Shown: positions 57,082 through 64,000 of the stretch, piece after piece
Layout: the number at the start of each line of letters is the position of its first letter
Numbering within the stretch: position 1 is the stretch's first letter
Source of the DNA: Polyangiaceae bacterium
Lineage (GTDB): Bacteria; Myxococcota_A; Polyangia; Polyangiales; Polyangiaceae
DNA length: 64,000 nt
NCBI GenBank assembly: GCA_965222375.1
Contig: CBDCTZ010000008.1
Span: 160,001 to 224,000, forward strand
Reading direction: 5' to 3'
The notes under the pieces: model-generated
Database searches by the model: none
What the model saw: only the letters and a program-made list of their open reading frames with translations
What the model was told of the DNA's origin: nothing
Translations under genes and position numbers: made by a program

Positions 57082-58686
57082 TCAATCCAAGAGCGCTTGT
57101 ACGTAGCGCTCTCCGGTGACGCGGTCGACGTAGGCCAGAGCTTCGAGAACCCCATCAGCCCCCGCTAGGGTCAACCACACGTAGTCACGGGCTACGGCGC
57201 GCCCGGTCCACCATTCCACGGATTCCAAACGCTCGGCAAAGCGCACCTGGTCGACGGTGTACAAGCGTTGATCGAAACCCACGGTCACTCCCCGACGCAG
57301 AGGGGCTGACAAGGGCACTGGCTTGGGTAGCAGACGCGTCGGTTGGACCCCTCGCCCTTCGACGGCCTTCACACTCACCAAAGGGATTTGGTGGTTCTTC
57401 TTGCGCCGCTTCGAAGGCCTGGACTGCTTTCTTTTCTGAAACGCGGGCACCAATCGCGCCTTGGCTTCTGGGCGATGCGCATCCACGAGAGCCAGGGTTC
57501 CCACTCGGCTGGAGCCGATGTCTTGAGAGAGTTCCGCCACTAGGGCTGGCAATAGCTCTGCCCCAGTCGTTTTGCTGATCACCCGAGCTAGATCGAGCTG
57601 CCAGCCCAAAGCTCGAACCACGTTAGGCGCGCTGAGAGTGACACCTAGGCTGGGCGCAGCCAGGATGGTCCGCTCCAGACGAGTGACCAGAACCCTGAAA
57701 AGCTCTTCTGCCCGCCATAGAGGCGCCGATAGTTGCAGCTCGATGATGTGATGCGGCAACGCCCCTGCCAAACGCGCCAAGCTCCGATCGTAGTTCAGAG
57801 CCAGCTCGAGGCTTTGCGCCGCTTCTCCTCGACCACTCAGCCGTGCACTCAATCTGGATGTCAGGCCCCGGAGCACGAACTTCAGCGGCTCGACGCCACT
57901 GACAGGTTCGTCCCATTCCATGCTCTCGGTGGGCACAGCCGCTGGACGATGGGCTTTCAAAGGAGCCGTATCCTGGCCATCCACCAGAGAAAGCACCCAT
58001 GGGGCGTCCGAGCCTAAACGCGCCGCAACTTGGGAGCGTGACAATTGCTTCAACTGGCCAAAGCTCAATACACCGAGCTGGACGAGCCAGGTGCGGAGTT
58101 CGGATCCGACGGGCAGAGCAGCGATGGGCAGCTCTCTGGCACGTTCAGCGGCCACGGCTTGTGTGACGACGTTCACGCCATTTTGCCCTGGTGGCATCCA
58201 ACGCGCGAAGGCCTGGGCCAGCTTCGGCCCCGGCGCGATGGCCACGCGAGCATGATGCCCCAACTCTTGCATCAGATTCGACAGCTCCAGCGCCAGCTCT
58301 TCTTCACTACCCACCAAGTGGGCGGCACCACTGATATCGACCCACACCGTATCCGGCGCTTCGCACGCCACCGTCACTCCAAAAGACAGGGCTGCCTCGG
58401 CAAGATGCCCGAGTTCGATCGCTACGTTGGCACGCCCGAGTTCGACCACGCCCATTGCAGCCGACAGTGCGTGAGCTTCAGCGATGGACTGCCCTGCTTG
58501 TACACCATGGGAGGCTGCAACGGGATTGACGGCATCGAGTAGGGCCGTGGCTTTCGTTGGCTCTTCGGCCTCTTCTTCGACAAGCACGACACCGAAGGGC
58601 TGAGTTCGCAAGGCCTCTTGTCGACGCAGAGCGAGCTCCAACAGCAAGTCCGGTACGACGATGGCCGCGATGCGCCGGCTGCCCAC
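57082..58686 (-). CDS. imuB: Y-family polymerase-like mutasome protein ImuB
   Basis: AVNPVA...GVQAGQSIAEAHAL, VDISGAAHL, LPIAAL, C-terminal ERL...WW....RDY. Confidence 0.88.
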   Translation of the reverse strand: MGSRRIAAIVVPDLLLELALRRQEALRTQPFGVVLVEEEAEEPTKATALLDAVNPVAASHGVQAGQSIAEAHALSAAMGVVELGRANVAIELGHLAEAALSFGVTVACEAPDTVWVDISGAAHLVGSEEELALELSNLMQELGHHARVAIAPGPKLAQAFARWMPPGQNGVNVVTQAVAAERARELPIAALPVGSELRTWLVQLGVLSFGQLKQLSRSQVAARLGSDAPWVLSLVDGQDTAPLKAHRPAAVPTESMEWDEPVSGVEPLKFVLRGLTSRLSARLSGRGEAAQSLELALNYDRSLARLAGALPHHIIELQLSAPLWRAEELFRVLVTRLERTILAAPSLGVTLSAPNVVRALGWQLDLARVISKTTGAELLPALVAELSQDIGSSRVGTLALVDAHRPEAKARLVPAFQKRKQSRPSKRRKKNHQIPLVSVKAVEGRGVQPTRLLPKPVPLSAPLRRGVTVGFDQRLYTVDQVRFAERLESVEWWTGRAVARDYVWLTLAGADGVLEALAYVDRVTGERYVQALLD

Positions 58687-58688
58687 TT

Positions 58689-59441
58689 CTACACCCCGCC
58701 GTGCAGACGCCGGATCTCCATCGACCCCTGGCGCTCTCGCGCCGGACGGATCGGCTGAGCCTGCGTCGATGAGCGAAATGCCACCGTACGGGGCGCACTG
58801 ATGCGCCCTTGACGATCTTTCACGACCTGAAGGCGCACTAGATCTGGAGCGGGTCGGGAAAGCAACAAGCGTTGCGCAACAGGCAATGCAGATCCACGGC
58901 GCGCCTCGTGTTCGGTCAGAAGCATGACGACGGTTGCAGTATCTTCAACCGCAAGGGCCAAACGTCGTACGCTGCGCGCCCATGCGCCAGATCGACTAGA
59001 CAGCGACGCTCCAGGTACGCCCAAGGTATCGATGGCAAGGACAGCGAAGGCTCGGGATTCCGCCAAGCGTATGGCGATGCGGGTCAGAGCATCCAGATTG
59101 GGCCGGACAACGAGTAAACGCCCCAAGTCCACACCCGCTTTGTGAACACCGGGTGCGTGCAAACTTGCAGACGGGTCCAAGAAGGCGCTCCACGGCAGCT
59201 CTCCCCCGTGCACCGCAGCCTCTTGCTGCACTGCACGCACGGCTGCGAGGGCAAGACTCGTCCCCATCGCCGCTCCCCCCGTCACCGAGAGCTCCACGAC
59301 ACTGCCCCGCAGCAACCCGCCTCCAGGCAGAGCAGAACTGACCTGACCCAAGTCGAGGGGCAGCACCTCTCCCGACCTGGGAGCTTGGGCCAAACCCACA
59401 CCGTTGGGCAGGTTTTTCAGTAGTTCTAGCGGCAAGGCCAT
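58689..59441 (-). CDS. imuA: RecA-like mutasome protein ImuA
   Basis: LPGGGLLRGSVVEL, AFLDP, GVDLGRLLVVRP, RRLALA; degenerate Walker A; directly upstream of imuB; ATG 59441. Confidence 0.82.
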   Translation of the reverse strand: MALPLELLKNLPNGVGLAQAPRSGEVLPLDLGQVSSALPGGGLLRGSVVELSVTGGAAMGTSLALAAVRAVQQEAAVHGGELPWSAFLDPSASLHAPGVHKAGVDLGRLLVVRPNLDALTRIAIRLAESRAFAVLAIDTLGVPGASLSSRSGAWARSVRRLALAVEDTATVVMLLTEHEARRGSALPVAQRLLLSRPAPDLVRLQVVKDRQGRISAPRTVAFRSSTQAQPIRPARERQGSMEIRRLHGGV

Positions 59442-59444
59442 AGA

Positions 59445-59460
59445 CTGAACATACACTCAG
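59445..59460 (-). promoter_or_regulatory. Candidate LexA (SOS) box of imuAB
   Basis: CTGAAC-ATAC-ACTCAG (plus strand), 3 nt from the ATG and overlapping a TATGTT -10. Confidence 0.7.
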
Positions 59461-59615
59461 TTATCGTCTAGGCAAGGCCTCCGAGGTGGCCTGCTAGGAC
59501 GAAAAATGTCCGACTGCGGCCAGATCTTCTGCAGATCTCGACACCTAGATGCTCCAAGCGGCGACTGCCCTGGGCCGGGTTTTCTTCGTACCTGCCCTCG
59601 CGCTAGGCTCGCGGC

Positions 59616-60176
59616 GTGACACGCGCTCCAGTCGTTGCCATCGCCGCCTTGCTCAGTGTCAGCTGCGGCGCACGTTCCTTCGAGAGCCGTGCCACACCGC
59701 CGGATCCCGCGCTCCAACCGACGAGCCCCGGGGGCACAGACCCTAGCGGCGGGAAGTGGTCCGACTGCTATTCCAGCTTCACACCGAGCGGCAAAGCCCG
59801 GGCGGATTTGAACCGACTGACCCGAGCCTGCGGCCCCACAGGAGGGATGCGAGCGGTCACGCCCGTCACCCACGCCGAACAGAACGACAAGGATCCGGTT
59901 GATCGCTACACCTTCTACGTTCCCCGGGCGGGAGCCTGCTATCGGGTGTACGCAGTCGGCAACCGAGGCGTGAGCGATCTGGACCTGCTCGTGCGCGGCC
60001 CGAGCGGAGACGACGTCGCTGCGGATCTGACCCACGACGCGTTCCCGGTGCTGCCTCCCCAGGGGCCCCTATGCTTCGAGCAACCGGGCCTCTACCTGCT
60101 CGAGGTCAGCGTGCACCGGGGGCAAGGCGGCTACGCCATCCAGGTTTGGGGCAACACGGACGGCGTCGGCAAGTAG
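59616..60176 (+). CDS. Hypothetical lipoprotein with PPC-like beta-sandwich domain
   Basis: Lipobox SVSC; CYRVYAVG..VSDLDL...GGYAIQVW. Confidence 0.72.
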   Translation: MTRAPVVAIAALLSVSCGARSFESRATPPDPALQPTSPGGTDPSGGKWSDCYSSFTPSGKARADLNRLTRACGPTGGMRAVTPVTHAEQNDKDPVDRYTFYVPRAGACYRVYAVGNRGVSDLDLLVRGPSGDDVAADLTHDAFPVLPPQGPLCFEQPGLYLLEVSVHRGQGGYAIQVWGNTDGVGK

Positions 60177-60224
60177 CCCACTGGCGGGCCGCCGCTCGCG
60201 TGTTATCCCTAACCGGACCCAAAA

Positions 60225-61064
60225 ATGGACGCACCTGCCGAAGTTTCGCAAAAACTCGAACAATTTCGCGGGCTCCTGCGCGAAATGGGTTCGGTGCTGG
60301 TTTGCTACTCCGGTGGAATCGACAGCGCTTTCGTGCTGGCTGTGGCTACCGAAGAGCTCGGAAGTCGCGCCGTGGGCATGACCGCGGTGAGTCCGAGCTT
60401 GGCTCCGAGCGAGAAGGAGGACGCCGCCCGAATCGCCAAGTCCCTCGGCGCCGAGCATCGCTTCGTAGAGTCCAACGAGATCGAGCGTGCGGGCTACGTG
60501 GAGAACGCTCCGGACCGCTGCTTCCATTGCAAGACGGAGCTGTACGAAATCGCCGAGCAGAAACGCGGCGAGTGGGATCTCGCGGCGGTCGTGAACGGAA
60601 CGAACACCGACGACCTGGGCGACTACCGCCCCGGCTTGGAGGCCGCAAAGAACGCGGCCGCGCGCAGCCCCCTGGTGGAAGTCGAAATGAACAAGGCCGA
60701 CGTGCGCAGCGCCGCGAAATTGATCGGCATGGAAGTCTGGGACAAGCCGGCCAGTGCGTGTCTGAGCAGTCGCATTCCCTACGGCACCAGTGTGACTCGG
60801 GAGCGCTTGGCGCAGATTGCCGGTTTCGAGGCAGAGCTACGGGCGTGCGGCATGAGGCAAGTCCGGGTGCGCTGGCATGACAAGATCGCCCGGATCGAAG
60901 TCGCCCTAGACGAGCTCCAAAAGCTGCTGCAGCCCGGAGTGCGCGAGCGCGTGGTGGCTGCAGGCAAAGAGCACGGCTTTCACTACGTGGCTGTCGACCT
61001 GGCCGGTTACCGCCAGGGCTCCCACAACGAAGTGCTGGTCGGAAAGAATCTGCGCCTGGTCTGA
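60225..61064 (+). CDS. larE: PP-loop ATP-dependent sulfur transferase LarE family
   Basis: SGGIDS, RCFHCK, DDLGDYRPG, WDKPASACLSSRIPYG, VRVR, GYRQGS. Confidence 0.9.
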   Translation: MDAPAEVSQKLEQFRGLLREMGSVLVCYSGGIDSAFVLAVATEELGSRAVGMTAVSPSLAPSEKEDAARIAKSLGAEHRFVESNEIERAGYVENAPDRCFHCKTELYEIAEQKRGEWDLAAVVNGTNTDDLGDYRPGLEAAKNAAARSPLVEVEMNKADVRSAAKLIGMEVWDKPASACLSSRIPYGTSVTRERLAQIAGFEAELRACGMRQVRVRWHDKIARIEVALDELQKLLQPGVRERVVAAGKEHGFHYVAVDLAGYRQGSHNEVLVGKNLRLV

Positions 61065-61070
61065 GCGCAC

Positions 61071-61106
61071 AAAACGAAACGGGGCGCCCGAAGGACGCCC
61101 CGTCTT
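61071..61106 (-). terminator. Intrinsic terminator of pnp (possibly bidirectional with larE)
   Basis: ACGGGGCGTC-cttcg-GGCGCCCCGT then TTCGTTTT on the minus strand. Confidence 0.8.
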
Positions 61107-61120
61107 GTTCGCAGTGGGAC

Positions 61121-63355
<2,235 letters not shown>

Positions 63356-63531
63356 TTTACATGCGCCCCTTTCGGACGCGACACCGCTACGTGCGGCTCA
63401 AACGCCGTTTGCATCGCGCCCGACTTCAACCTCGGTTCCTAGATCTGAGCGCGCACTCAGGTCCACGAAACGAAGATGAAGCCACCGAACGCGCCGCAAG
63501 CGGATGGTTCAGTACCCCTTGCTTCGCGGCC

Positions 63532-63801
63532 TTACTTGCGGAGCTTCAATGCGGAAACGATGTTGCGATAACGCTCGACGTCCTTCTTCTTGAGGTAGTC
63601 GAGCAAGCGTCGACGCTGCCCCACCAGCTTCAAGAGACCACGCCGGGAATGGTGATCCTTCTTGTGAGTCCTGAAGTGGTCGGTGAGGTACGTGATGCGC
63701 TGGCTGAGCAGAGCGATCTGCACCTCCGGCGAGCCCGTATCCTTCTCGTGCGTGCGATTTCCAGTGATGACGCTCTGCTTGGCGCCCGGTGCTAGGGGCA
63801 T
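63532..63801 (-). CDS. rpsO: 30S ribosomal protein S15
   Basis: [31 protein letters not shown]. Confidence 0.98.
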   Translation of the reverse strand: MPLAPGAKQSVITGNRTHEKDTGSPEVQIALLSQRITYLTDHFRTHKKDHHSRRGLLKLVGQRRRLLDYLKKKDVERYRNIVSALKLRK

Positions 63802-63833
63802 GATCGATTACATTCCTTCTAAAAAGTCGCGCG

Positions 63834-63861
63834 AGTATACGCGCGGCCCGGCCTCGGTCAA
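63834..63861 (-). promoter_or_regulatory. Sigma70 promoter of rpsO-pnp
   Basis: TTGACC-N16-TATACT. Confidence 0.7.
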
Positions 63862-63928
63862 CCGGAACCCAACGGCCGGGATTCCATCACTGCTGGAATT
63901 GCCGAGGGTCTCAGCGCCCCGGCCCAGA

Positions 63929-64000
63929 TCAGGTCAGGTTGGAAAGGGCGCCGGTTCCAGCTTTGGTGGTGCCGATGCTGTCCTTCTGGATCCCAAACGC
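63929..64000 (-). CDS. 3' end of a gene entering from outside the window (C-terminus reminiscent of DUF1552 proteins)
   Basis: AFGIQKDSIGTTKAGTGALSNLT*; only 23 codons visible. Confidence 0.3.
   Translation of the reverse strand, partial: AFGIQKDSIGTTKAGTGALSNLT

Noticed and set aside
56964..57084. TGACGGCG...CGCCGTCA inverted repeat between the convergent DUF2834-like gene and imuB
   Set aside because: Short arms about 100 nt apart in GC-rich DNA; compatible with chance
63445..63460. CTGAGC-GCGC-ACTCAG as a third LexA-like box before pnp
   Set aside because: Lacks the CTGAAC/GTTCAG half-site shared by the two mutasome sites and is not at a promoter; more simply an RNA hairpin

Overview
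GC-rich chromosomal window. Gene content and style (eukaryotic-like Ser/Thr kinases, PEGA/TPR proteins, Gly-rich-linker lipoproteins) suggest Myxococcota, probably Polyangiales; this is an inference. Core genes: modABC, ddl, pheA-hisC-aroA-cmk-rpsA, smc, dnaE2, imuAB, larE, rpsO-pnp and tRNA-Glu(UUC), interspersed with many lipoproteins and signalling genes. The most notable signal is a probable hidden selenoprotein. Two adjacent ORFs (17626-18213 and 17308-17598, minus strand) are one reading frame interrupted by a single TGA in the motif AFT-[TGA]-PGC (UxxC), followed by a SECIS-like hairpin. Read through, it gives an exported thioredoxin/peroxiredoxin-fold lipoprotein in an operon with a second lipoprotein and a queuosine-precursor transporter. 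Other observations: (1) a split imuAB / dnaE2 mutasome whose two halves each carry a matching LexA-like box; (2) an orphan, internally shortened FlhA/SctV behind a FIST gene; (3) three divergent paralogous envelope proteins interleaved in the aroA-cmk-rpsA operon; (4) a PheA lacking its usual catalytic motifs; (5) widespread apparent leaderless promoters; (6) two small intergenic repeat families; (7) a decayed HNH gene. All calls come from reading the sequence by eye; no searches were run.
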